Below, piece after piece: positions 1 through 9,212 of a stretch of 33,816 nt of DNA. The stretch's first letter is position 1. The number at the start of each line of letters is the position of its first letter. Location of the stretch: contig JBBUEZ010000012.1 of NCBI GenBank assembly GCA_038056715.1, positions 1 to 33,816 on the forward strand, read 5' to 3'. The stretch comes from Patescibacteria group bacterium. Lineage in GTDB: Bacteria > Patescibacteriota > Minisyncoccia > Phycocordibacterales > JBBUEZ01. The position numbers were made by a program, and so were the translations under genes. Under the pieces are notes generated by a model, which was not told where the DNA came from, searched no databases, and saw only the letters and a list, made by a program, of their open reading frames with translations.

Positions 1-2
1 AA

Positions 3-326
3 GAAGTGTCAAAATTTTTGGGGCACCAGACGAATAATTTTGCGGAATATGAGGCGGTGGTTATCGCGCTTGAAGAAGCGAAAAAAATAATTCCGAAAAC
101 GAAAAGAAAAACGGCGAAAATTGACATACGGATGGATAGTGAATTGGTGCAAAGACAACTTTCGGGAAAGTACCAAATAAAAGAGCCGACTCTTTTTCCG
201 AAATTCATAAAGATCTGGAATATGCGCGTTTCGGAATTTCCGCATGTGACATTTACCCACGTGCGGCGCGAACAAAATAAAGATGCCGACCGTCTTGCCA
301 ATGAAGCGATGGATAGAGCAGAGTAG
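3..326 (+). CDS. rnhA: Ribonuclease HI (5'-truncated by window edge)
   Basis: TNNFAEYEAV, DSELV, HVRREQNKDADRLANEAMD motifs of the RNase HI-like family; frame is open to the window start. Confidence 0.9.
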   Translation, partial: EVSKFLGHQTNNFAEYEAVVIALEEAKKIIPKTKRKTAKIDIRMDSELVQRQLSGKYQIKEPTLFPKFIKIWNMRVSEFPHVTFTHVRREQNKDADRLANEAMDRAE

Positions 327-1822
327 TATCCCGCATATTCTGTTTTTCATAGGCGTCGCCGGTTTCACGGGCGGGATATTTGTCCGCTCGTTTTTTGATG
401 TCGGGTACGCCGGAGCGGGACTTTGCGTTTTGACGGGAATTGCGCTCGGCGTGATTTTTTGGCGCGCGGGCGTTCTCACAGAACGCGCGCGCGCAGATTC
501 TTTTTGCTTTTTTTCTTATCGCTTTTGCGCTTGGGAGCGTGCGATTTGAGATGACGGAACAAAATCTCGCGTCCGCGCGCGCGACACTCTCGCAATATGA
601 GAACACGCAGATTAACATAGTCGGCGAAGTGGCCCGCGAACCGGATGTGCGCGCGTCGCGCACGCTTCTCACCATTGAGACGCGAGAAGGCGCGCGCGTT
701 CTTGTCTACGCGCCCGCGCGCACAAACGTTTCATACGGCGATGTCATACGCGCCGAAGGAATGCTCGCTCGGCCGAAATCGTTTTCGTCTGGCTCTGACC
801 GCGTGTTTGATTACGAAGGATATTTGTCTAAAGACAAAGTGGTGTACACGCTTACTGCCGCCGATGTGGAAATCATTGAAAGCGGCGAGGGGAATATGAT
901 TATCGCGGCGCTCCTTTCCGTAAAGCATGCATTCCTTTTCGGCGCGGAGCGCGCATTTGCCGAACCGGACGCGGGACTTCTCGCTGGAATCATTTGGGGA
1001 GAAAAGCACGGCGTGTCGGAAAGTTTGTCCGCCGATTTCAGAAATTCCGGACTCATCCATGTGATTGTGCTTTCTGGTTACAACATGACGATCGTTGCCG
1101 CGTTTATCATGTGGATCTTTGCGAGGTTCGCGCCGCGCATAAGATTTTCTTTGGGTATTGGAGCGATTTTTATGTTTGCAATCGCGGCAGGCGGAGGCGC
1201 GACTGTCTTTCGCGCGGCGATCATGGCGGCGATTGCATTTCTTGCCAAAGCATCGGGGAGGCCGAACGCGGTCGCCGTATCTCTCTCGCTTGCCGCCTTC
1301 CTCATGACCCTCATAAATCCGCGCGTGCTCGTCTATGACCCATCGTTTCAACTGTCGTTTCTTGCGACGCTCGGTCTCATCTACATCTCTCCGCTTATTG
1401 AACGGCGCATACGCTTTGTCCCGCGCGCGTGGGGTATCCGCGAAGTGGCGGCCGCGACGATCGGCACGCAGATTGCCGTCGTTCCGATCCTTCTGTATAT
1501 GATGGGGACACTCTCGCTCGTGTCCGTGCCCGCGAATATTCTTGCACTGCCATTTATTCCATTTATTATGTTCATCGGCATGGCGGGTGCGATTCTGGGA
1601 CTCATCGGGTATGCGGTCGCGCTCCCGCTCGTGTTTGTCGCGCACACTCTTATCGCAATCGTTATCGGCATCGCGCACTTCTTCGGGAACCTGCCGCTTG
1701 CGGCGATTCCGGTGCCGGTATTTTCTCCATTCATACTTTTTGCAGTATATGGTGCGCTCCTTATCGCGGTTGTTCACTATACGATGCGACCATTTGAAGT
1801 AAAAGAATATGCCCCCATATGA
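301..1822 (+). pseudogene. comEC: ComEC/Rec2 competence channel, interrupted by a frameshift near 455-515 (real or sequencing error)
   Basis: 539..1822 has Competence-domain motifs GLIHVIVLSGYN, FRAAIMA, SFQLSFLAT. The hydrophobic N-terminus (MKRW..ILFFIGVAGF..GIALGVIFW) is in frame +1; its continuation (AQILFAFFLIAFALGSVRFE) is in frame +2. Confidence 0.75.
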
Positions 1823-2676
1823 CGAAAAAATTCCATCTTATTGTATTGGGAATATTATGCGCTGCGACGGTCGCTGTGTGGACAGTACTTCTTCGCGCGG
1901 AGCGCGGAGCGCTGACAGTCGCATTTCTTGATGTCGGACAAGGCGACTCCATATTTATTGAAACATCTCGCGGAGCGCAAGCACTCATTGACGGCGGCGC
2001 GGACGCGCATGTGCTCTCGGCGTTGGGGAGCGTGATGCCGTGGTATGATCGCTCTCTTGACCTTGTACTCGCGACGCATCCCGACAAAGACCATGTTGGC
2101 GGACTTGCCGCGGTGATAGACAGATACGATGTTTCGTCTGTGGTATGGAATGGCGCGGGACATGACACGAAAACATACCAGAATTTTTTGGATGCGGCGA
2201 AAGAAGAAGAGGCCAGCGGCGCGCGATTTTTGGTCGCACGCCGCGGCCAACGTTTCGCGCTGGATACCGATGTATTTTTGGACATTTTATTCCCCGACCG
2301 CGATCCGAACGGCTGGGAAACAAATGACGGCTCTATTGTCGCGATGCTCACGTTCGGCGACGAAAAATTTCTCCTGACCGGAGATGCGCCGAAGGGCGTA
2401 GAAACATATCTGGTGGGATTAGATGGCGAGAAACTTCGCGCAAATGTTTTGAAACTGGGACATCACGGCTCAAAAACATCAAGCGCGCTCGAATTTCTTT
2501 CCGCGGTCGCGCCTGAATACGCCGTTGTCTCCGCGGGGGAAAATAATCAATACGGCCACCCGCATGAGGAGGCGCTTTCCGCCGCGCGAAATGCCGGCGC
2601 CGCGATACTCTCCACAATTGACTCTAAAACAGTTATATTTATGTCAGACAGTATTTCAACCAAACTCATGCAATAA
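1819..2676 (+). CDS. ComEC-associated metallo-beta-lactamase-fold nuclease/hydrolase
   Basis: FLDVGQGDS, THPDKDHVGG, LLTGDA, HHGS, NQYGHPH motifs; N-terminal hydrophobic anchor; ATGA overlap with comEC stop. Confidence 0.9.
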   Translation: MTKKFHLIVLGILCAATVAVWTVLLRAERGALTVAFLDVGQGDSIFIETSRGAQALIDGGADAHVLSALGSVMPWYDRSLDLVLATHPDKDHVGGLAAVIDRYDVSSVVWNGAGHDTKTYQNFLDAAKEEEASGARFLVARRGQRFALDTDVFLDILFPDRDPNGWETNDGSIVAMLTFGDEKFLLTGDAPKGVETYLVGLDGEKLRANVLKLGHHGSKTSSALEFLSAVAPEYAVVSAGENNQYGHPHEEALSAARNAGAAILSTIDSKTVIFMSDSISTKLMQ

Positions 2677-2688
2677 GGGAGGTGTGTT

Positions 2689-2886
2689 GTGAGAAAAGAC
2701 AATAAAGGCAGACGGCAGTCGCGCAAGTTTCCAAACATGCGACACAAATGGCATGCGGCGAAACGACACAAGGAGATAATTCGCGCGGCGAATGTTGTGG
2801 AAAACAGGGACAATCGGCATCGGACCAACGGTGCGTTGGCGCACTTGCGGTTTGTGTCCCCACGCACGCTATGTTGCGAAGAATAG
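2689..2886 (+). CDS. Possible small basic protein
   Basis: Strong SD (AAGGGAGGT) before GTG and a terminator directly after; no recognisable family. Confidence 0.3.
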   Translation: MRKDNKGRRQSRKFPNMRHKWHAAKRHKEIIRAANVVENRDNRHRTNGALAHLRFVSPRTLCCEE

Positions 2887-2887
2887 A

Positions 2888-2916
2888 AAACCGCCCCAAC
2901 GGATGGGGCGGTTCTT
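2888..2916. terminator. Hairpin between convergent genes (likely bidirectional terminator)
   Basis: AACCGCCCC-aacggat-GGGGCGGTT with A/T-rich flanks. Confidence 0.7.
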
Positions 2917-2919
2917 ATG

Positions 2920-3132
2920 TTACTTCGTTACTTTCGTTTTCAAATGAAGCCCCGCTTTCATACAGCGCGTGCAGATTTTTATGCGCCCGCCGCCCGAAGG
3001 CAAGCGCGCCCATTGGAGATTTGGCTGTCTGCGCACTTTTCCGACAGGATTAAACTGCGTGGCGCGCACGCGGTTTGAGTACCGGCCCCCCACTTGCGAA
3101 CCTTTATTGCAGATCGGGCACGTTTTTGCCAT
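2920..3132 (-). CDS. rpmB: 50S ribosomal protein L28
   Basis: MAKTCPICNKG..RRQPNLQ..IKICTRCMK, Zn-ribbon type bL28. Confidence 0.9.
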   Translation of the reverse strand: MAKTCPICNKGSQVGGRYSNRVRATQFNPVGKVRRQPNLQWARLPSGGGRIKICTRCMKAGLHLKTKVTK

Positions 3133-3184
3133 AGTGCTTCGCATGGTATCATAGGGCGTGTGTGCGCGCAAACATCGCACAATA

Positions 3185-3221
3185 ATCAAGGTTCAATTTT
3201 CAATGATCAATAAATTTTCAA
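3185..3221. repeat. CAAT-family left arm flanking the four-helix-bundle gene
   Basis: TCAATTTTCAATGATCAATAAATTTTCAA; overlaps the ATG at 3203. Confidence 0.75.
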
Positions 3222-3598
3222 AAAACAATGATTCAAACAAAATCTATGATCTTGAAGAACGAACCGCGCAGTTTGGCGAAGCAATCATAGATTTATGTGC
3301 ACATATAAAAATGGGCACCATTACCACACCTCTGGTAAACCAGTTGGTAAGATCAGGAACAAGTATCGGCGCAAACTATTGCGAGGCGAATAACGCAAGT
3401 TCAAAAAAAGATTTTCGCAACAAAATTTTCATCTGTAAAAAAGAGTGCCAAGAAACAAAGCATTGGCTCCGAATGCTTATACGCGCGCTTCCAGAAGAGA
3501 AAGAGCCTATCAACCGTTTGTGGAAAGAATGCCAAGAACTGACCATGATTTTTCAAAAGATCACTACCTCAATTGATGAAAATAACCACAAGCATTGA
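3203..3598 (+). CDS. Four helix bundle protein (TIGR02436 / 23S rRNA-IVP-like)
   Basis: YDLEERT..F, QLVRSGTSIGANYCEA..ASSKKDFRNKIFICKKECQETKHWL, ECQEL..IF signature. Confidence 0.92.
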   Translation: MINKFSKNNDSNKIYDLEERTAQFGEAIIDLCAHIKMGTITTPLVNQLVRSGTSIGANYCEANNASSKKDFRNKIFICKKECQETKHWLRMLIRALPEEKEPINRLWKECQELTMIFQKITTSIDENNHKH

Positions 3599-3642
3599 TC
3601 ATTGTTTATTTATTGAAAATTGATTATTGGTCATTGATCATT
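3593..3642. repeat. CAAT-family right arm flanking the four-helix-bundle gene
   Basis: CATTGATCATTGTTTATTTATTGAAAATTGATTATTGGTCATTGATCATT; complementary to the left arm; contains the TGA stop. Confidence 0.8.
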
Positions 3643-3655
3643 ATATAGTTTTTAT

Positions 3656-4270
3656 ATGCAAGAATTTGATTTTATTTTCGCCATCGCCATATTGATCATG
3701 TCTGTCGTTGTGCATGAGGTGTCGCATGGATACGTTGCGGAACTTTTCGGGGATCCGACCGCGCGTCTTTCCGGACGGCTCACATTAAATCCGGCACGGC
3801 ATCTTGATCCTGTAGGTTCCTTTCTTGTGCCAATAGCGACCTATATGCTGGGCGGCTTTATTATCGGTTGGGCGAAGCCTGTGCCGTATAATCCGTATAA
3901 TTTTAGGCGTGTTCGTCTGGGGACTGCGCTCACTGCCGCCGCGGGTGCGCTCGCAAATCTTTTTATCGCCGTTATTTTCGGACTTCTTATTCGTTTTGCA
4001 CCGGCACTCGGCATCGTATCGGAGCCGTTTTTGGCGCTTGCGAGCACTATTGTGTTTATCAACATTATTCTCGCCGTATTTAATCTCATCCCCGTTCCGC
4101 CGCTTGATGGGTCAAAAGTACTTTTCTCGTTCCTACCGAATCGGTTTTATCACATTGAAGAGGCGCTGGAGCGCTACGCGCTTATTCTTATTGTTCTTGT
4201 CGTTTTCTTCGCGGCGGGGTTCATCGCTCCACTCGCATCATTCCTCTTTTCTCTTTTAACAGGAGTTTGA
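3656..4270 (+). CDS. Site-2 protease family (M50) membrane metalloprotease
   Basis: HEVSH (HExxH), GWAKPVP, FNLIPVPPLDG; several TM segments. Confidence 0.92.
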   Translation: MQEFDFIFAIAILIMSVVVHEVSHGYVAELFGDPTARLSGRLTLNPARHLDPVGSFLVPIATYMLGGFIIGWAKPVPYNPYNFRRVRLGTALTAAAGALANLFIAVIFGLLIRFAPALGIVSEPFLALASTIVFINIILAVFNLIPVPPLDGSKVLFSFLPNRFYHIEEALERYALILIVLVVFFAAGFIAPLASFLFSLLTGV

Positions 4271-4283
4271 TTTTAATTTTTAT

Positions 4284-4559
4284 ATGGCCGCAAAAGATTA
4301 TGTACTCATAAATGGAGTTTCATACATAAGCGCACGAAAAGCGGCGCGGATGTTTAGGTATACTCCTGACTATGTCGGGCAGTTGGCGCGGAGCGGTAAA
4401 ATAAATGGGCACACATTCTCCCGCACGCTCTACGTTTCAGAAAAAACCATCGCCGCGTACGCCGAAAGAGCAAAAGAAGAAAAACAGGTGCGTGCCAAAG
4501 AACGAAAGACGGAATTTAAGGTTGGGAGAAAAGTGCCGATTCGAGTTGTTAAAAAGTAA
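4284..4559 (+). CDS. Small helix-turn-helix DNA-binding protein
   Basis: YISARKAARMFRYTPDYVGQLARSGKI resembles an excisionase/MerR-like HTH. Confidence 0.65.
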   Translation: MAAKDYVLINGVSYISARKAARMFRYTPDYVGQLARSGKINGHTFSRTLYVSEKTIAAYAERAKEEKQVRAKERKTEFKVGRKVPIRVVKK

Positions 4560-4576
4560 CAAAAGCGGCAATCGTC

Positions 4577-4605
4577 TTGCATTATCCTTCCTCATATAGT
4601 ACATT
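4577..4605 (+). promoter_or_regulatory. Putative sigma70 promoter of the str operon
   Basis: TTGCAT-17-TACATT upstream of rpsL. Confidence 0.45.
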
Positions 4606-4638
4606 TGTGTCACTAGGGCACCGCCCTTTTTTGTTTGT

Positions 4639-5055
4639 ATGGCTACCATCAATCAACTTTCACGGCGCGGGAGAAAGACTCCGAAGAAACGTTCAAAGAC
4701 GGTTGCTTTGACGCGCGGTTTTAATACGATAAAAAATCGTCCCGTTTTTTACCCATCTCCGTTTAAGCGCGGAGTGTGCGTAAAAGTGTCTACAACCACA
4801 CCAAAAAAGCCGAACTCCGCGGTGCGTAAAATTGCGCGCGTGCGTCTCACCAACGGCATGGAGGTCACCGCTTATATTCCTGGCATCGGGCACAATTTGC
4901 AGGAACACTCCGTTGTGGTGCTTCGCGGCGGTCGCGTGAAAGACCTCACCGGCGTGCGGTATCATATCGTGCGTGGCGTCTTGGACGCTTCCGGGGTTGA
5001 AAAGCGCATGAAAGGCAGAAGTCAGTATGGGGCGAAGCGTCCGAAGGGAAAATAA
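4639..5055 (+). CDS. rpsL: 30S ribosomal protein S12
   Basis: [26 protein letters not shown]. Confidence 0.99.
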   Translation: MATINQLSRRGRKTPKKRSKTVALTRGFNTIKNRPVFYPSPFKRGVCVKVSTTTPKKPNSAVRKIARVRLTNGMEVTAYIPGIGHNLQEHSVVVLRGGRVKDLTGVRYHIVRGVLDASGVEKRMKGRSQYGAKRPKGK

Positions 5056-5153
5056 CACGACACCAATCCACGAATAAAGGCGAATGACACAAATAAAAAA
5101 GACAAAAGGAGAGCCATTCGTGTCATTCGACCTCATTCGTAACCATTCGTATC
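5055..5153. repeat. CGAAT-family hairpin element (rpsL/rpsG)
   Basis: ACACGACACCAATCCACGAATAAAGGCGAATGACACAAAT ... ATTCGTGTCATTCGACCTCATTCGTAACCATTCGT. Confidence 0.85.
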
Positions 5154-5621
5154 ATGAGATATAAAATAAAAAACAGGAATATTCCAGGACCCGACCGCGT
5201 GCATAATTCCGATAAATTAAACAAATTTATCAATTACATCATGTGGGACGGCAAAAAGAACGCGGCACGAAGTGTCGTGTATGGCGCGCTTGATGTCATC
5301 AAAACAAAAGGCGAAGAAAAACCTTTTGAGATTTTTGAAGCGGCGATTAAAAATGTCGGCCCAACAATGGAGGTGCGCTCTCGTCGCATCGGAGGCGCGA
5401 ACTATCAGGTGCCGCGCGAAGTGCGTCCGGAACGCCGCGGCGCGCTTGCGATGCGCTGGATTGTTGCCGCCGCGCGCGGAAAAAAGGGGCGCCCCATGGC
5501 GGAGCGGCTCGCTGATGAAATCCTTTCCGCAAGCAAGGGCGAGGGCGAGGCGATCAAGAAGCGCGACAATGTGCATAAGATGGCGGAAGCAAATAAAGCG
5601 TTTGCCCATTTTACTTGGTGA
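5154..5621 (+). CDS. rpsG: 30S ribosomal protein S7
   Basis: EVRSRRIGGANYQVP, MAEANKAFAHF. Confidence 0.99.
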   Translation: MRYKIKNRNIPGPDRVHNSDKLNKFINYIMWDGKKNAARSVVYGALDVIKTKGEEKPFEIFEAAIKNVGPTMEVRSRRIGGANYQVPREVRPERRGALAMRWIVAAARGKKGRPMAERLADEILSASKGEGEAIKKRDNVHKMAEANKAFAHFTW

Positions 5622-5669
5622 TTTCAAGCCCGAAGGGCGCAGAAATCCCAATTGTAAAATGGAGCATCC

Positions 5670-5813
5670 CGCACTTATTTTGCAGAATGTTTGCATGAAT
5701 GCCGATAGTGATAAGACGGAATCGGCTTTATTATGCGAAACGCGCGTGCCGAATAGGCACATTCCTCGTTGGGCGAAGCGCTTCGCCACGAAATGTTTTT
5801 CAAAATAAGTGCG
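5670..5813. repeat. Structured element with 13-bp perfect terminal inverted repeats
   Basis: CGCACTTATTTTG (5670-5682) / CAAAATAAGTGCG (5801-5813) enclosing three internal hairpins. Confidence 0.75.
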
Positions 5814-5837
5814 CGAATAAGCATTTCATTCGGAAAG

Positions 5838-5898
5838 TTTTTAAGAATTTTTAATTTTTACTTGTAATTTTGCATTTTGATTTTTAACTTTTGCATTT
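5838..5898. repeat. Solo right arm, TTTTGCA/TTTTTAA-family tandem
   Basis: TTTTTAATTTTTACTTGTAATTTTGCATTTTGATTTTTAACTTTTGCATTT just before fusA. Confidence 0.55.
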
Positions 5899-5902
5899 GT
5901 TT

Positions 5903-8044
5903 ATGACCCGCGACTATCCATTAAATAAGGTAAGAAACTTCGGAATCATCGCCCATATTGACGCTGGGAAAACGACGACGTCTGAGCGTATTTTGTTCTA
6001 CACGGGCGTGTCGCACAAAATCGGCGAAGTGCACGAAGGGGCGGCAATCATGGACTGGATGGAACAAGAACAGGAGCGTGGTATTACGATTACCTCGGCT
6101 GCAACGACCTGTTTCTGGACACCGACATACGCATCGGGTGATGCGGGCGCGAAATGCCGTTTTAATATTATTGATACACCGGGGCACGTGGATTTCACCG
6201 TGGAGGTGGAGCGATCTTTGAAAGTGCTTGACGGCGGCGTTGTCGTTTTTGACGGCGTTGCAGGCGTGGAACCACAATCTGAAACCGTGTGGCGCCAAGC
6301 GGACAAATATTCCGTTCCGCGCATTTGTTTCATAAATAAACTTGACCGTACCGGCGCATCATTTGATCGTTCATTTAAATCAATTTTGGAACGGCTTACA
6401 AAGAGCGCGGTTCGTTTTCAGATTCCGATCGGAGAGGAAGACGCGCACGAAGGCGTTGTGGATCTTTTGAGAATGAAAGCGTATCTCTTTGAAGGGGACA
6501 TGGGCAATAAGGTTGTGGAAAAAGATATTCCCGAGAATTTGAAGGCTGATGCGGAAAAATATCATGCGGAATTGGTGGAGAAGATTGTTGAGAACGATGA
6601 GAAATTGATGGAGCGCTATTTGGGTGGCGAAACTATTTCCATAGATGAATTGAAGAAAGCGACACGCGAAGCGGTGCTCGCATACAAACTCGTTCCGGTC
6701 TTTACCGGCTCCGCGCTTAAGAATAAAGGCGTACAACTTATTCTTGACGCGGTGGTTGATTATCTCCCATCTCCGGTTGATGTTCCGCCAATCAAAGGCG
6801 TGAATCCGCATACAGACGCCGAAGAGACACGCGAGACGACAGATACTGCGCCGTTTGCGGCAATTGCGTTTAAGATCCAGACGGACCCGTTTGTGGGACA
6901 ACTCACATATTTCCGCGTGTATTCGGGAACGCTTTCCGCGGGCTCGTATGTATACAATTCTCGCACGGGTGATCGCGAGCGTGTGGGGCGCATCGTGCGC
7001 ATGCATGCCAATGATCGTGAAGAAGTGAAGCAGGTATTTGCGGGAGAAATTGCCGCGGCTGTGGGTATGAAAAACACGATTACCTCCGACACACTCTGCG
7101 ACGAGAACAACCCTATTCTCCTTGAAACAATCCATTTCCCCGAACCGGTCGTGTCCATGAAAATTGAACCGAAGACGAAAGCCGATCAGGAAAAGATGGG
7201 GATGGCGCTCTCGCGTCTTTCGCAAGAAGATCCGACATTCCGCGTGAAGACGGATCCGGAAACGCTTGAGACGATTATTTCAGGCATGGGAGAATTGCAT
7301 TTGGAAATTATTGTGGATCGCATGAAGCGCGAGTTTACAGTTGAGGCGAATGTCGGCAAGCCCCAGGTTGCGTATCGCGAGACGATTACGGGCACTGCGG
7401 AGACAGAAGGCAAATACATCAAGCAGACTGGAGGGCGCGGTCAATATGGACACGTGCGCATCAGAATGAAACCGATGGATAAAAATGTGGACATAGATGA
7501 CCTTCCGAAGAACGTGAAGCGCGATGAACATTTTGAATTTATAAACGCCATCAAGGGAGGCGTGATACCGCAAGAATATATTCCTGCTGTTGAGAAAGGG
7601 TTGAAAGAGGCGATGGGCAAAGGAATTCTTGCAGGATTTCCGATCGTGGACATTTCCGTGGAACTCTACGATGGTTCGTATCACGATGTGGACTCTTCAG
7701 AAATCGCATTTAAGATTGCGGCATCCATGGCATTCCAAGACGCGTCAAAGAGAGCGAAGCCTGTTATTTTGGAACCGATGATGAAAGTGGAAGTGGTGAT
7801 GCCGGAGAAATTCATGGGCGATATCACCGGCAGTCTCTCGTCCAAACGCGGGCAAATTGAAGGCATGGAAGATCGGGGTATGTTGAAAGCGATCAAAGCG
7901 CTTGTTCCGCTTTCCGAAATGTTCGGCTACACGACCGCGCTCCGCTCCATGACCGAAGGCCGCGGCACCTCCACCATGGAATTCTCCCACTACGCGATCG
8001 TGCCGAATAACGTGGCGGAAACTATCATCGCCGGGCGCAAGTAG
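5903..8044 (+). CDS. fusA: Elongation factor G
   Basis: [36 protein letters not shown]. Confidence 0.99.
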   Translation: MTRDYPLNKVRNFGIIAHIDAGKTTTSERILFYTGVSHKIGEVHEGAAIMDWMEQEQERGITITSAATTCFWTPTYASGDAGAKCRFNIIDTPGHVDFTVEVERSLKVLDGGVVVFDGVAGVEPQSETVWRQADKYSVPRICFINKLDRTGASFDRSFKSILERLTKSAVRFQIPIGEEDAHEGVVDLLRMKAYLFEGDMGNKVVEKDIPENLKADAEKYHAELVEKIVENDEKLMERYLGGETISIDELKKATREAVLAYKLVPVFTGSALKNKGVQLILDAVVDYLPSPVDVPPIKGVNPHTDAEETRETTDTAPFAAIAFKIQTDPFVGQLTYFRVYSGTLSAGSYVYNSRTGDRERVGRIVRMHANDREEVKQVFAGEIAAAVGMKNTITSDTLCDENNPILLETIHFPEPVVSMKIEPKTKADQEKMGMALSRLSQEDPTFRVKTDPETLETIISGMGELHLEIIVDRMKREFTVEANVGKPQVAYRETITGTAETEGKYIKQTGGRGQYGHVRIRMKPMDKNVDIDDLPKNVKRDEHFEFINAIKGGVIPQEYIPAVEKGLKEAMGKGILAGFPIVDISVELYDGSYHDVDSSEIAFKIAASMAFQDASKRAKPVILEPMMKVEVVMPEKFMGDITGSLSSKRGQIEGMEDRGMLKAIKALVPLSEMFGYTTALRSMTEGRGTSTMEFSHYAIVPNNVAETIIAGRK

Positions 8045-8048
8045 GAAA

Positions 8049-8079
8049 AGTATATGGGGTTAGTATAAGGATAAAGATA
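8049..8079. repeat. Solo left arm, AGTAT-family
   Basis: AGTATATGGGGTTAGTATAAGGATAAAGATA; shares AGTATAAGG with 27770. Confidence 0.45.
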
Positions 8080-8081
8080 AT

Positions 8082-8115
8082 AAAAACCGCCAAGGGGTAT
8101 CCTTGGCGGGGTTTT
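8082..8115 (+). terminator. Intrinsic terminator after fusA
   Basis: CCGCCAAGG-ggtat-CCTTGGCGG followed by GGTTTT. Confidence 0.8.
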
Positions 8116-8118
8116 AAT

Positions 8119-8147
8119 TTGACTATGTCTTCTCTGTGGTGTAGTCT
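8119..8147 (+). promoter_or_regulatory. Putative sigma70 promoter of the inserted gene
   Basis: TTGACT-17-TAGTCT. Confidence 0.55.
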
Positions 8148-8203
8148 CCGAGTAGATTACAAGGCGTATTCTGCGCCGTGGCTCATTGAGGAGGAAGAAG
8201 AGT

Positions 8204-8821
8204 ATGTCAAAATCTAAAAGGCAGTTGCCGCCCATTGATTGCGCTCACTTAAACCTAGTTGAGGAGATGATTCGGACCACACTTGGAAGCGATGTGTCGG
8301 AACGAACCATGGATTCGTTATCTGCACATTACGGTAGGGGAAAAGGCATTTCAAATGGAATAAATCATTTTCAGACCGCTATCCGGGGAACAGCAAAAGG
8401 AATTCAGGATTTGTTTATTGAGAGCGTGAAGAAAGGGGACACCATCCTCGCTTTGGCATTACTGCGCGCAAAACCAGAATCTGTCGGTGCCGATCTTTTT
8501 GCCGAACACCTTGAGGCTATTCTTGTCCACATCATGGAAAGCGGGTGTACTTCGAGTCTGGACACGGTGTGGACTTTGCTGCCGATGGATATCAAGGAAG
8601 TACTCGGGGAAAAACTCCCCTACATTTGGTGGACGAAAGGCCATCATGTAAGCGCGGTTGTCATTGCACAAAGCGACAAGGTTCCGGCGAGCGATGCTAT
8701 GTTGTTTGCGCTGGGTATCATCTCTGAATACTCGGATTGGGCAGAGCTCATCGTCCAGAAACAGTGCGCGAGAGTGGAAGTGCGTGGAAATGTTGAGATG
8801 CACCAACAGTCCACATCGTGA
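8204..8821 (+). CDS. Hypothetical protein inserted between fusA and tuf
   Basis: About 205 aa ORF with GAGGAGG SD, own promoter and terminator; no family recognised. Confidence 0.7.
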   Translation: MSKSKRQLPPIDCAHLNLVEEMIRTTLGSDVSERTMDSLSAHYGRGKGISNGINHFQTAIRGTAKGIQDLFIESVKKGDTILALALLRAKPESVGADLFAEHLEAILVHIMESGCTSSLDTVWTLLPMDIKEVLGEKLPYIWWTKGHHVSAVVIAQSDKVPASDAMLFALGIISEYSDWAELIVQKQCARVEVRGNVEMHQQSTS

Positions 8822-8859
8822 CTCCCCGGGGATTAGGCCCCCCGAAATTTCTTCTCCAG

Positions 8860-8889
8860 GCGCCTCGGCTTCGGTCGGGCGCTTTTTTA
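8860..8889 (+). terminator. Intrinsic terminator
   Basis: GCGCCTCGGC-TTCG-GTCGGGCGC-TTTTTT. Confidence 0.75.
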
Positions 8890-9040
8890 TTGCGCGCGGG
8901 TACCTGAACAATAATCAAAATCGAATTGGGGACAATCTGGACTACACATTTAGTAACGGCCGTTACTAAATGTGTAGAACGGTCTTTGCTGGAGGGAATG
9001 ATGTGCTCAAAAAAGTCTTTGGTATCGTAACCACAGGGTG

Positions 9041-9067
9041 TTGACTTGCAAACGACATTGCTATAAT
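9041..9067 (+). promoter_or_regulatory. Putative tuf promoter (extended -10)
   Basis: TTGACT at 9041 and TGcTATAAT at 9059-9067. Confidence 0.6.
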
Positions 9068-9212
9068 ATAGTGAAACCGCTTTGTGCGCATTTTTTGTTT
9101 GCTTACCTAAAAAAGTGCACCGGTTTATTAACATTATTCATTTTAGTTGCGCTCGTTGCGTTGGTTTGGGCACTACTCGCGCCTCAAACTATAGCAATGA
9201 GCGAAAAACACT

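Noticed and set aside
3203-3598. Diversity-generating retroelement (Avd-like protein)
   Set aside because: No reverse transcriptase and no TR/VR pair with adenine-specific mismatches in the window
4615-4632. AGGGC-acc-GCCCT-T5 as an attenuator before rpsL
   Set aside because: Only a 5-bp stem with a 3-nt loop; too weak to support
5272-5808. 178-aa ORF overlapping rpsG
   Set aside because: Out-of-frame overlap with rpsG, no recognisable features
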